Of a DNA stretch of 64,000 nt, positions 40,542 through 52,848 are shown in pieces. Under the pieces are notes generated by a model, which was not told where the DNA came from, did no database searches, and saw only the letters and a program-made list of their open reading frames with translations. The position numbers and the translations under genes are program-made. This stretch comes from Octopus vulgaris (lineage: Eukaryota), in contig OX597814.1 in assembly GCA_951406725.2 (NCBI GenBank), positions 216,938,001-217,002,000 of the forward strand. Direction: 5' to 3'. Within the stretch, counting starts at the first letter, position 1. Every line of letters starts with the position of its first letter.

Positions 40542-40890
40542 TCAAACGATTGCAGAGGATTTCTCGAAAAGGCACGGTACCTAACTTACATAGCTAGAAA
40601 TAGATGTCAAAATCGCGCACAGATCATAGACAAGTGTCTTCCATATTCCATAGGTAGAAATAGCAGCCAAACCCGCACGAATCAAGGACATCTCATATTC
40701 ATAAAACAGAGAGCAGACACAAAGAATTGAGTCGCCAAAAAGCGAAAGTCTCCAGAATTAAAAGCATCGAATTGTTTAATACTTACGGAAATGATTCATA
40801 AAGGATAGCGTTGTTGTGTGTGCGGGAGTTGAGAAATGCATTGCAAGACCGAAGTATAATGATTTCTTTTAATGCAAGTCATCATCAAGA

Positions 40891-41002
40891 GGGCGGAACC
40901 AGGTTCAATGCGCATGCGTCTCTACTGTCCCGGAATATTTAATGCGCATGCGTCTCTACTGTCCCGGAATATTTAATGCGCATGCGTCTCTACTATCCCG
41001 GA
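40891..41002. promoter_or_regulatory. Putative promoter: GC box plus three 34-bp repeats carrying NRF1-like TGCGCATGCG and ETS-like CCGGAA motifs
   Basis: AATGCGCATGCGTCTCTACTGTCCCGGAATATTT at 40907, 40941 and 40975. A minus-strand GTAAGT donor lies at 40786-40781. Confidence 0.5.
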
Positions 41003-43458
41003 AATGTTTTATTCCTACCCACAAGGGGCAACGTAGAGGGGACAATACAATCGGGAAAAATAAAATAATGAATTATGAAGTTTGTACAATGTGGTGTAAT
41101 GCCCACTCGATCCCCGAAATCGAGCGGTTACACGTTTCCGTCGATTTCCGTAAAAAATGTAAACACTGAATCGGCCATACATACATACATACATACACAC
41201 ACACATAGATACATACACACACACATACATAGATACATACACACACACATACATGCAGACATACATATACACATACACCGCGTAAAAAATTTCAGTTATC
41301 TCTCTCTTTCACACATTACTCTCTCTGTCTCTTCGCACACACTAACAGAAGCACTTCACTTACACAACATACTGTCTGTCTCCCACACCCCATCAAACAC
41401 TCACACGGGGACTTCAAAGAGAAATTTCCTCGTCATAAAATCGCTTCCTCTTAGTCTCTTTCGCTCTCATTACTTATGTAAAAAAATAAAAGTTTTTTAC
41501 GGAAATCGACGGAAATCTGTGCTACGACAAGCGAAACATCGCCAAGGCATAGTTTCGGTTGTAGTAGCACAGATTTCCGTCGATTTCCGTAAAAAACTTT
41601 TATTTTTTTACATAAGTAATGAGAGCGAAAGAGACTAAGAGGAAGCGATTTTACGACGAGAAGGTTTCACTTTGAAATCGGCCTGTGTGTGTTTGATGGG
41701 GTGTGGGAGACAGACAGTATGTTGTGTAAGTGAAGTGCTTCTGTTAGTGTGTGCGAAGAGACAGACATACATATACACATACACCGAGTAAAAAATTACA
41801 CTGAATCGACCATACATACATACACACATACATACATACACATACATAGATACATACACACACACACATACATGCAGACATACATATACACATACACCGA
41901 GTAAAAAATTACGATGAATCGGCCATACATACATACACACACACATACTTACACACACACACATACATAGATACATGCATACATACATATACACATACAT
42001 GCATACATACATATACACATACACCGAGTAAAAAATCAGTTATCTCTCTCTTTCACACATTACTCTCTCTGTCTCTTCGCACACACTAACAGAAGCACTT
42101 CACTTACACAACATACTGTCTGTCTCCCACACCCCATCAAACACTCACACGGGGACTTCAAAGAGAAATTTCCTCGTCATAAAATCGCTTCCTCTTAGTC
42201 TCTTTCGCTCTCATTACTTATGTAAAAAAATAAAAGTTTTTTACGGAAATCTGCGCTACGACATGCGAAACTTCGCCAATTCAAATACTATGGAACGTTG
42301 ATCCATCACAGGCACTGTGAGGAGATGGAAGATTTAATAAACGTAACAAGTGGATATACGTGGGTCAGGATGGGCCTATGCCTGACGGGCGATGTTTCGC
42401 TTGTCGTAGCACAAGTTTCCGTCGATTTCCGTAAAAAACTTTTATTTTTTTACATAAGTAATGAGAGCGAAAGAGACTAAGAGGAAGCGATTTTATGACG
42501 AGGAAATTTCTCTTTTGAAGTCCCCGTGTGAGTGTTTGATGGGGTGTGGGAGACAGACAGTATGTTGTGTAAGTGAAGTGCTTCTGTTAGTGTGTGCGAA
42601 GAGACAGAGAGAGTAATGTGTGAAAGAGAGAGATAACTGATTTTTTACTCGGTGTATGTGTATATGTATGTATGCATGTATGTGTATATGTATGTATGCA
42701 TGTATCTATGTATGTGTGTGTGTGTAAGTATGTGTGTGTGTATGTATGTATGGCCGATTCATCGTAATTTTTTACTCGGTGTATGTGTATATGTATGTCT
42801 GCATGTATGTGTGTGTGTGTATGTATCTATGTATGTGTATGTATGTATGTGTGTATGTATGTATGGTCGATTCAGTGTAATTTTTTACTCGGTGTATGTG
42901 TATATGTATGTCTGTCTCTTCGCACACACTAACAGAAGCACTTCACTTACACAACATACTGTCTGTCTCCCACACCCCATCAAACACACACAGGCCGATT
43001 TCAAAGTGAAACCTTCTCGTCGTAAAATCGCTTCCTCTTAGTCTCTTTCGCTCTCATTACTTATGTAAAAAAATAAAAGTTTTTTACGGAAATCGACGGA
43101 AATCTGTGCTACTACAACCGAAACTATGCCTTTGAATTTTCTATTCGTACCTGCATTTTCTCTAGTTTTTCTCTTAGGACTTACTTCCTCTTTCGGTTTC
43201 TCTCTTTTTGCTTTCTCTTCTTTCTTTTTCCTTCTCTTGTCTTTTTGGCTCTTTGTCTGTCGTCTCTCTACCTTGTGGCTTATGTTCCTTTCCTGTTGTT
43301 TCTTTTCCTTTCTCTTGGTTCTGTTCCTTTTCTTGCTCTTTTCCTGTTTTTTCTCTTTCCTTTTCTTTCTCTTGCTTCTGCCTCGGCTCCTTCTCCACTA
43401 CTTCTCCACCCTGTGAATTTTGCTCCTTTTCTACTATCTGTGCGCTGTTACTTCCCTT
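41003..43458 (-). mobile_element. Non-LTR retroelement (related to the 1287-1971 insert) interrupted by nested MITEs
   Basis: 14-bp TSD TCTACTATCCCGGA at 40989-41002 and 43459-43472. K/E-rich frame at 43430-43131. 3' tail TGTCCCCTCTACGTTGCCCCTTGTGGGTAGGAATAAA. Confidence 0.85.
41546..43130. mobile_element. Two inverted copies of a GGC-ended MITE (41546-42277 and 42388-43130) forming a palindrome of about 1.6 kb; third partial copy at 41136-41543
   Basis: Identical ORFs at 41635-42024(-) and 42652-43041(+). TIR core TTTCCGTCGATTTCCGTAAAAAA. An 8-bp AATTCAAA duplication flanks the arms. Confidence 0.9.
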
Positions 43459-43685
43459 TCTACTATCCCGGACTATTTAATGCAGCAAACACTAATTATC
43501 TCCCTTTATCGATTAATCTATTTTTCTGGATTTCAATTCGCAAAGCCATGGCTCACCCGTCGTTGTTTCTTGTTAAAAAATTGTTACCCGCTTCACAGGC
43601 TGTTGTTTAGATTTTCAAATCTCTCCCTACGCGGAAGAGATTTGAATATTGTTTTTGTGAACTGTTTTTTCGGTATTATTTGAGC

Positions 43686-44410
43686 CTTTCACCCGCACGA
43701 TTTTCACTAAGGGAAAAAAACTTCGTGTTTTTTGCGTGGAATCAAATACCTATTTCTTTACTATCCACAAGGGGACACACAAGGACAGACGAACGGATGA
43801 AGCCGATTATATCGACTCCAGTGCATAACTGGTGCTTAATTTATTGACCCCGAAAGGATGAAAGGCAAAGTCGACCACGGCGGAATTTGAACTCAGAACA
43901 TAACGGCTACGCATTTCGCCCGCCGTGCTGACGTTTCTGCCAGCTCGCCGCCTTAGCGTGGAATCAAATACCCTGACCTCCTAATATACTGCAAGCTTCT
44001 TATTTTTCTTCGTAATAAAGGGGGTGGGTGGGAAACCGTCCCCCACCCCATATTCCGGAATCTTTGGATTTTTTCTTTTTCGTTGAATGAATTCCGGTAA
44101 CCTCCTAATATGCCGCAAAACCCTTTTTGGGGTCCAGAAAATGGGATGGCGTGGAAGCCTCGGAAATTTCCCCCCACCCCCATTGATCCTTTCACCTGCA
44201 CGATTTTCACTAAGAAAAAAAAAACTCGGATTTTTTTGCGTGGAATCAAGTACCCTGACCTCCTAATATGCTGCAAACTCCTTCTTTTGTTCGGAAAAAA
44301 AGGGGGGAGGAGTTGGGAAACCGGATCCCCCCATTCCGGAATCTTTGGATTTTTTCTTTTTCGTTGAATGAATTCCAGGGACCTCCTAATATGCCACAAA
44401 ACCCTTTTTC
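43686..44410. repeat. Two diverged tandem copies of a unit of about 250 bp (first copy interrupted by the SINE)
   Basis: CTTTCACC(C/T)GCACGATTTTCACTAAG...CCGGAATCTTTGGATTTTTTCTTTTTCGTTGAATGAATTCC appears twice. Confidence 0.7.
43751..43955 (-). mobile_element. Full-length tRNA-derived SINE with a 17-bp TSD
   Basis: TSD GCGTGGAATCAAATACC at 43734 and 43956. Head GGCGGCGAGCTGGCAGAAACG. Same family as 57669-57885. Confidence 0.9.
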
Positions 44411-45059
44411 GGTACGGCAACGCATTTCGCCCGGCGTGCTAACGTTTCTGCCAGCTCGCCGCCTAAAACACAAAACGGGAACTCGTCGGACGATACAAGG
44501 GGCGGTAACTCGTATCAGATATTATTAATGATACGAGGGGCCCAACAATAACGTTAGTGTTGCACACGCTGCTACTATGTGACAGCCATTCACAAATACC
44601 TGTTCAGTGGTAGCAGGACGTGCTAGAAATACCAGCCAAATCGGTTAATGCTTATAAGTACACCAGCATGTCAACCACCCATCACTTTTCTTTCTTTTCC
44701 AGCAGATTCCTATGTTTTCGATCACGGACATTCCAATTATGCAAAAAAAAATATCTCCCATTTTCAATTCCCTGTCCCTCGCCAAATTTTTACATTTTAA
44801 CTTTTTTCAAAATAATTTCTTACTTCTTGTCTAATGTGGGCGCCAAGCAATCTTTTACATTGGTTCAGTTTAAACATGCCTTACTTAGGGTCCATGCAGT
44901 GTCACAGGCCCCAAAAAAACGTTCAACTTCTTGCCTAATGCAAGCCTAGCCTAGAGCAATCTCTTATCTCTTACACTATTTCAGTATTACGCCTCTATTG
45001 TAATGTGAAACAATACTTTCAGTTTGAAAGAAGTCTGTCCTATATAGATATTCCTGAAG

Positions 45060-45595
45060 GGGTGTGTGGTGAGTTTGCCTTCCTACTTACTAGAACTTTG
45101 GTCTTTGCCACATTGACTCTAAACCTAGCTTCCACACACAAAAGACTTCTTCTCTAGTACTGGTAGTGATTCTGATACGAGGGCTAAGTCATCAGCATAG
45201 AGGAGACCCCAGGGGCAACCCGTCTTGAATTCCTCTGTTATTGCCTGGAGGACTATGAGGAATAAAAGGGGACTGAGGGCTGAACCTTGGTGGACCCCTA
45301 CTTCTACCCGGAATTCTTCACTATACTCGTTGCCAATCCTAACTTTGCTAATGGCCCCTCTGTATAGGGCCTGTACAGCCCTAATTAACCATTCGTCAAT
45401 CTCCAGTTTCCGCAGATAAGGGATCGGGGGGACCCTGTCAAAGGCTTTCTCCAAGTTCACGAAAGCTATGTAGAGTTTATCTTTAGCTAGGTATTTCTCA
45501 TGCAGTTGTCGAACCAGGAATATGGCATCAATGGCGCTTCTACCCAGCACAAAACCAAACTGCATCTCATCTAAGCAGACTCTCTCCCTGATGAG
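45060..45595 (-). mobile_element. RTE-clade LINE reverse transcriptase fragment
   Basis: QFGFVLGRSAIDAIFLVRQLHEKY..AFVNLEKAFDRVP..GVHQGSALSPLLF..LLYADDLAL. Confidence 0.92.
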
Positions 45596-45665
45596 ATGAT
45601 ATATGTTTGTTCATGTATATATACTTATGAACTGTATATGACTGCTGATTATATATATATATATA

Positions 45666-46687
45666 TCTATATATAAACGGCAGTTTGTCTGTCAGGTTGT
45701 ACCCTCACTCTGACTACGGCTTTCAACCGATTCTGATGAAACTTTACACACACATAGCCCAATGTCATAATTCAAAGCTAACGCAGCGAAAATTTTGAAA
45801 AGTTCCCCCAGTTCTGAAAGAAATCGATAAATTCGACATGGGGTCGAGAATCTAAGCTTATCATATGCAACACATTTTCCATTGTAGTTTTCGCAACTTG
45901 CAATCGATTTTCACCAAATTCATGGTGAAGCTTAATGTTACCCTAAGGAACTTAATTCTGACGTTAGTTTTCCATGCAATACCTTACCATCAGAAAAAAA
46001 TCGATAAAATCATGCCATTTTGGGAAATCGCGTTCAAATTCAAGATGACATATTTTCGACAATATCTTTAACAAATTGGCAGGAATGTTTTTTGAAATTC
46101 ACAGCGAGCATCATGTCTGCTCCAAGGAGCTATATGGTCCTTTTGATTCCAATAGGATACATTATTACTGGAAAAAATCGGTTAATTACATCATATTTGG
46201 CACACATAGCAAACCGATTTTTCTGCGATATTTTTTGAAAGTTCACATAGATTTTCCCTACACCGATGTTGGACATCAAGTTTGCATTAAATGTCAAACT
46301 AACGACCTTTTGTCAATGCAGTTAACAAGTATTGGGAGAAATCGACAAAACCATATCACTTTGAGACCGACCATGCGAACCCTACAAAACTGACTTTTGT
46401 TAAATAGTTGGCAGATTTCAGGCGATTTAGTCGATTTTTGCCGCACCTGTCAAACTCCCAACCCATGCATTCCCGTCACGACACTGATCCCGCAGAACTG
46501 GGTAGGGTGTGCTAAACAAAACCAGAAAATGCACTTTGACTGTCATAGATTTTCTTCATTCATGCAAGGGAACGGTGCCTTGAATGCTTTAATGCCTTTT
46601 AGGCTTCATTTTACAAAATAACGGTTCAATGGGTAAAAAGGTAAAGGGCATTGCTTATCGACAAAGTTTCCCGGGCTATGCTGCTAG
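45666..46687 (+). mobile_element. Non-autonomous Helitron-like element
   Basis: 5' TCTATATATAAA and 3' CCGGG..CTAG, inserted between A and T. Confidence 0.65.
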
Positions 46688-46699
46688 TATATATATATA

Positions 46700-47203
46700 T
46701 CTATATATATAAAACTGTAGTTGTGTGAGTGTCTGTCCCCTTCGATTTAGATTCCTAACTACTCCCACATTTTGCGGTGCAGTTTAACCAAATTCGGGTA
46801 TCTTATAGTCGTGATTCATATCGAGCCTGTCTTGAGTATTAGCGCGCGTCTACGATTTTAAAAATAATTTAGCATCATTTTTTTATTCCATTTTAATGCA
46901 TAATTTTTCGTGTGTCGATGGCGGCGGAGTTGGCGTCCATGGTCACACCTGCACCTGTTTGCTTCTCCCCCTTCTTCCCTCCCTCGTGAAGCTGTGGGGA
47001 AGGGAGTGTAAGGAAATCAACGTCGCAAAGCGTTGTCAAGGAGACCAGCGTTCTTTTAGAACAATGACTTCATGGCTTGAAGACACCAAAACAGAAATGG
47101 CTAAGAAAGCCCGAATTGGCATCTATAAGGGAAGTAACTCTCTAAAAATGCTTATATAGTTATTTCCCTTACAAATCCGAGCAACGCCGGGTGATACAGC
47201 TAG
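46700..47203 (+). mobile_element. Non-autonomous Helitron-like element
   Basis: 5' TCTATATATATAAAA, subterminal hairpin CCGAGCAACGCCGGG and 3' CTAG followed by T. Confidence 0.75.
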
Positions 47204-48436
47204 TATATAATATATATATATATATATATTTGAATGTGTGCATGAAAATGTATTTATATCCCTCTCTTTGCTTCTTAAGGATAATCCATGATGCTCCTGA
47301 TTAATATGTAATGGGAAATTCCTTACATCTTTACATATGTAAATTGCAATAAGGAAATGAAACGTGATGAAGAATCAACACCAAAAACATTTCTATCTTC
47401 CTGTTATACATATACACATATACGTACACAGCCGCATGTGTGAGTGAGTTCATATATCCCTTTGTCCCCATTAATAATCACAGGTGTTGTTTACTTGTTT
47501 TGCACATTGTAACTATGTCTAGGTTCCTTGATATGTACAGACATACTGCATGACCTTTGTGAATAAAGGGTTCTTTGAAATGGTGTCTTCAGTTTCCAGT
47601 TCTCCTTATAACCGTGTTAGGTCTGTCTTTTGCATGAGAGACTGGGAGATTTATTACTTGACTCGGAACAGACTAAAAAATCTCGCAGACAAGCTCTAAG
47701 TCTCAGATCACTAACTGCCAGCCTATGTTGTTAAGTTCATTCGTTTCCTGGGAAGAACTGGGCATTCACATGTTATCCTCTGTCTCCCGTTTTCTCATGA
47801 GAAATTAGCCAATCTGGCTTGTGTATCACCAGATTCATAGTTGGACAACAGGCTGGTAGGTTACCTCGAGTTCTGAAGTTAGTGTTGACAAAAACAGGAT
47901 GGGGTTGAGAATAGAAATCTCCTCCAAAATGTTTATTCTCAATTTTATGAAAATAAACTTTATCTGGACATTTGAAAACTCATCTCTGTAAAGTTTAATT
48001 TAAAGAAACCATTATTGAAAAGCTTACAAGGAATCAGTCTAGTGTGGGGGCACTAAACTGTACTTATGCATCATGTTCTTCCTTTGTGTCTCTTCTGTTT
48101 TGTATTTGGGGGTCATTGTTTATGTACATATTTGACAACTTTACAATATTCCTGAGTATAAAATAATTAATAACTTCTGTCATTGTATAACGTATTTAAT
48201 AAGTGAAGCATTTAAAATACAATAAACAATAAAATATGCTGTTAATTACAGGATGCGATATTCAAGAAAGAATAATGTGTGGGGTTGTCAGGAGGAGGAG
48301 ATTTGGTATAGAGGCCCTTACATCATGGAAAGGAAACTGCATAAACAAATGGAAAAAATCTAAAATTCTTGGAAATACTTTCACCACAATTTACAGCACA
48401 GGAATATTAAATAGAGCAAACAAGAAACCATAGAAA

Positions 48437-49922
48437 CTACCCTTTTCCTTTCTTCCCTGTTTGAATATGTTTGTGTCTTTTGAAATCAGTACTTTGAGAG
48501 AATGATTTACTACAGACATCACAGTGATATGGCTTCTCTCCTGTATGAGTACGTTTGTGTATAGATACAGCACTCTGTTGAATGAATGATTTACCACAGA
48601 TATCACAATGATATTGCCTCTCTCACATATGAATAGGTTCGTGTTTCTTTAAGTCATTACTTTGAGAGAATGATTTACCACAGATATCACAATGATATGG
48701 TTTCTCTCCCGTATGAAGACGTATGTGTTTTGTAAAGTTACTATTGTCAGAGAATGATTTACTACAGAAATCACAATGATATGGTTTCTCTCCAGTATGA
48801 ATATATTTGTGTGTAGATAAGTGACTACTGTTAGAGAATGATTTACCACAGATATCACACTGATATGGTTTCTCCCCTGTGTGAATACGTTTGTGGATTG
48901 CCAAGGCACTATTTTCAGAGAATGATTTACCACAGATATCACAATGATTTGGCTTCTCACCTGCATGAATACGTATGTGCTTTGTTAAGTCACTATTTTG
49001 ATAGAATGATTTACCACATATCTCACAATGATATGGCGTCTCTCCTGTGTGAATACGTTTGTGTATAATGAAAGAACTATTTTCATAGAACGATTTACCA
49101 CAAATATCACAATGATACAGTCTCTCTCCTGTATGAATAAGTTTGTGTCCAGTTAAGTGAATATTTTGAGAGAATGATTTACCACAAATATCACAGTAAA
49201 ATAGCTTCTCTCCTGTATGAATATGTTTGTGTGTAGTTAATGCACTATTTTGAGTAAATGATTTACCACAAATATCACAATGATACAGTTTCCCTCCTGT
49301 ATGAATACGTATGTGTGCTGCTAAGTTATTACGTTCGGAGAATGATTTACCACAGATATCACAGTGATGTGGCTTCTCTCCTGTATGAATATGTTTGTGT
49401 TGAGAGAATGATTTACCACAAATCATCACAATTATATGGCTTCTCTCCTGTATGAATACATGTGTGTTTTATTAATGTGGTATTTTCAGAGAAAGATTTA
49501 CCACAGATAACACAATGATATGGCCTCTCTCCTGTATGAATACGTTTGTGTCTCTTTAAGTCATCACTTTGAGAGAATGATATACCACAGATCCCACAGT
49601 GATATGGCTTGTCTCCTTTACGAATATGTCTGTGTCTAGTTAAATGAATACTTTGAGAGAATGATTTACCACAAATATCACAGTGATGCGACTTCTCTCC
49701 TGTATGAATACGTTTGTGTCTTGTCGAGGCTCTATTTTCAGAGAATGATTTACCACAGATATCACAATGATATGGTTTCTCTCCTGTATGAATACGTTTG
49801 TGGGAATTTAGGTTACATTTGAGAGAGAAAACCTTTTCACAGCTGTCACAGTCATATGACAATTTTCCTTTCTCTTTCATTTCAGAGGAAATCAATTCTT
49901 TATTTTTCTCACTCTTTTCCAT
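48437..49922 (-). pseudogene. Single-exon poly-C2H2 zinc-finger gene (about 17 fingers), disrupted by a frameshift at about 49425 and a TGA at 48623-48625
   Basis: Repeated [20 protein letters not shown] in ORFs 49413-49922 and 48623-49429. Two more fingers follow in frame after the TGA, ending at TAG 48437. Confidence 0.9.
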
Positions 49923-51354
49923 TATTTTCCCCTCAAATTCCAGTAAAAATATTTTTCTTGCTTTATTCTTACACTTTACTCCACAGAAATACTTCTACTG
50001 TTGTATTTCAGTGATGTTACCTTTGTTTAGCAGCAATTACATAAATTCTGTTAAGTTTCACCAGCAGAGGGGCTCCTCTTTTAGACACTCCAGTCAGTGA
50101 TGTTCACAAACTTGGCTAATAGTATTATTTCAGAGCAAATGTTTCACAGGAATTCTACAACAGATTTATAGAAACAATGTTATACATCTGTTTTGTATAA
50201 TATTTTGCTTTATTCTTTAAAAAATGGTAAATATTGAGGATGTTTCTTCTGTGATATCAACGTCATCTGATGTTTTGAAATTATAGAGAAACAACAGTGT
50301 AAGGTTTAGAGGCTATGTAAAAAATGCAGATTCATTTCTGTTGATGTCAAAATAAACATTCAACAACTGAATAATTTTTTTTTTACATACACACACAAGC
50401 ATCAACGTATACATATGTGTGTGTATACACCGCCAGAAGTTGTTGACAAACAACGGCAGTAATTTTATTCAGCTAAATATACATCATTGATTGGTTGAAA
50501 TTACCGAAATACGACAACTTTAACACAAAATAACTTCGAAAATAGAAACTTTTCTCAGCAACGCTAAGAGTAAAAGATGTTTTATATGACACATCCTAGC
50601 AGTTTCAAAGTGTTTAGTTAAAAAAAATTAATTAATCGATCTGCCCATGAAAAGGAAAAGATCTAATTAACAACAGATTTTTACAGGAATACAAGAAACA
50701 CCCAAGAATTGTAATGGGGTTTGGTGTCTTAAAAGCGGGTGGAAATGAGAGAGAGTGAGAGTGAGAGAGATAATGAGATAGTTTGAGAGAAAGAGAGTGA
50801 GATGCACTGTGAGAGATAGAGAGAATGAATGATAGAGTGAGAGAGAGAGTAGGAGGGTGAGAGAGAGAGAGTGAGTGAGAGAATGTGTGTGAGAGAGAGA
50901 ATGAGAGACAGAGTGAGTGGGAGAGAGAGAGTGAGTGAGAGAATTTCTTTATTCACCATAAGGTTGAGAAAAAGAGGGGGCAATACGGGGACAGACAAAA
51001 CAAACGTTGGGGTCAGGGTATCGAATGAGACGAAACTTATGAATAAACAAAGAATTAAAATATATACAATTAAATGAGAATGAGTGATTAACACAAAATG
51101 AAGCAGGGGACGCGGCTGACCCCACAAACCACAAACTCACACTGAAGACTTTGCTTTCTCCTTTTTTTACATTCTTGATTAAACAGGTTCTTTCACTCGC
51201 AACATACTTGCTATAGACTTCCATCTTTTACGAAACACACTTTGCGACAGGCATTTCTTCTCCAGCCTTGAGAGAGAGAGAGAGAGTAAGACGAAGACAG
51301 AGAGAGTGTGAGAAAGAGAGGAAGCAAGATATAGCGAGTGAAAGAAAGTGATAG

Positions 51355-51846
51355 ACGTGGGAGGGGCTGTGTGATAAGTAATTTGCTTATGAACCGCAGT
51401 ATTCTGGGTTCAGTCCCACTGCGTGGAAGTCTGGGCAAGTGTCTTCTACTATAGCCTTGCGAGTGGATTTCGTAGACGGAAACTGAAATATATATATATA
51501 TATATATATAACGTGAAATATATATATAACGTGAAGGTTTACGAAAATAAACAAAAGACGAAGGCAGGTGGAGTACAAACAAACAAATGTATTAGTATGG
51601 CGCTCAGGAATAGAAATAGAACAAGTCTTTTACGTTTCGAGCCTACGCTCTTCGACAGAAAGATACACAGGAAAAAACACATGGAGAGAAAAAAATGCGT
51701 GTAGGAGCTAACAGTCTATCATGGCGTATATGTGTGTGTACAAAGCCTACAAAGAATAAGTCCTGGCGGGGCGTGGGGGTCGATTTGCTGGAATAAATGC
51801 ACTACTACAGCATGGCCGCAGTCAAATAACTGAAGAAAGTAAAAGA
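51355..51846 (+). mobile_element. tRNA-derived SINE with a nested Penelope-like insert at about 51510-51725
   Basis: GGCTGTGTGATAAG..GGTTCAGTCCCACTGCGTGG head. The SINE tail (AAAGAATAAGTCCTGG..CAGCATGGCCGCAGTC) resumes after the insert. Confidence 0.7.
51626..51663 (-). ncRNA. Minimal type I hammerhead-ribozyme-like motif (Penelope-type) with a variant core
   Basis: Minus strand reads TCTTT-CTGTCGA-A-GAGC-GTAG-GCTC-GAAAC-GTA-AAAGA. Confidence 0.55.
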
Positions 51847-52136
51847 TATTAAACGTGTAGATTCTCTCAACACCATAGCCAAGGGAGAGAAGAGGTAAAT
51901 ATAACTTTTAGAGTTAGTTCCCTTTATTTTTCCAGTATTAGGGGTGGGGTGTATAATATATTTATACATTAATAATTATATATTTAATTATTAATATATA
52001 TACGTGTTTGTGTTCAGCCACCACTATCGCCTGACAACAGATGATGTTGGTGTGTTTACGTCCCTGTAACTTAGCAGTTCGGCGGCGCAAAAGACGCCGA
52101 TAGAATAAGTACTAGGCATCATTACAGGATCCATTC

Positions 52137-52848
52137 GGGATCTTTTCCTTTTGAACGGCAGTTTGTAACATAATTTCTAGTTAACTAAAAAGTTTTAAAC
52201 TTCGTAAAACAACATTTTCTCTTGGTTTTATTGAGAAAATTCTATAGTTTGTAAGATATTTCGTCTGAAAATCCGAGCACTTCGGCGATTTTAACCAATC
52301 GATTACCTCCATTGAACTAAAATCATTTGCTGCGTCTAAAACTGAGACAACGTCCTGTAACTAACCCTAAACCTCCCCCCTAACCCTAACCTTAACCCTA
52401 ATTTTTTTTTTTAATTGTTACGCGTGTAAAAAAACTAAAGCAATGGAAAATAATTTAAACAATTAACAAACAAAATAATTCTATAATTTTATACACACAC
52501 TTTCCGTACGTATACGGAATTATTTTCGATTGCTTTAGTTTTTTTTACATGCGTAACAATTAAATTAATTTAACAATTAAGAAAACAAAATTTTAGGGTT
52601 AGGGGGAGGTTTAGGGTTAGTGACAGGATGTTGTCTCAGTTTTAGACGCAGCAAATGATTTTACCTCAAAAGAGAGCATAGGATTGGTTAAAATTCGAAA
52701 AATTAAACTACGTTAAACAAACAAATTACAATTTTCTCAAGAAAACCAAGAGAAAAAATGTTTTAATTTGACACATTCTACCAGTATACGAAATTTTAAA
52801 GTGTTTAGTTAACTAGAAATTGTCTGCCGTTCAAAAGGAAAAGATCCC
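52137..52848. mobile_element. Foldback/MITE with long inverted arms and internal TTAGGG-like repeats
   Basis: TIR GGGATCTTTTCCTTTTGAACGGCAG ... CTGCCGTTCAAAAGGAAAAGATCCC. Partial arms also occur at about 50480-50665 and 55190-55437. Confidence 0.8.

Noticed and set aside
40907-41002. 34-bp repeats as a CRISPR array
   Set aside because: The repeats are head to tail with no spacers, there are no cas genes, and the context is eukaryotic.
41635-43041. Twin 129-aa MYVYMYVC ORFs
   Set aside because: They are translations of (TATG)/(TG) microsatellite inside the inverted MITE arms.
52357-52620. Telomere or chromosome-fusion site
   Set aside because: Only a few degenerate repeats, located inside the arms of a foldback element that has other copies in the window.
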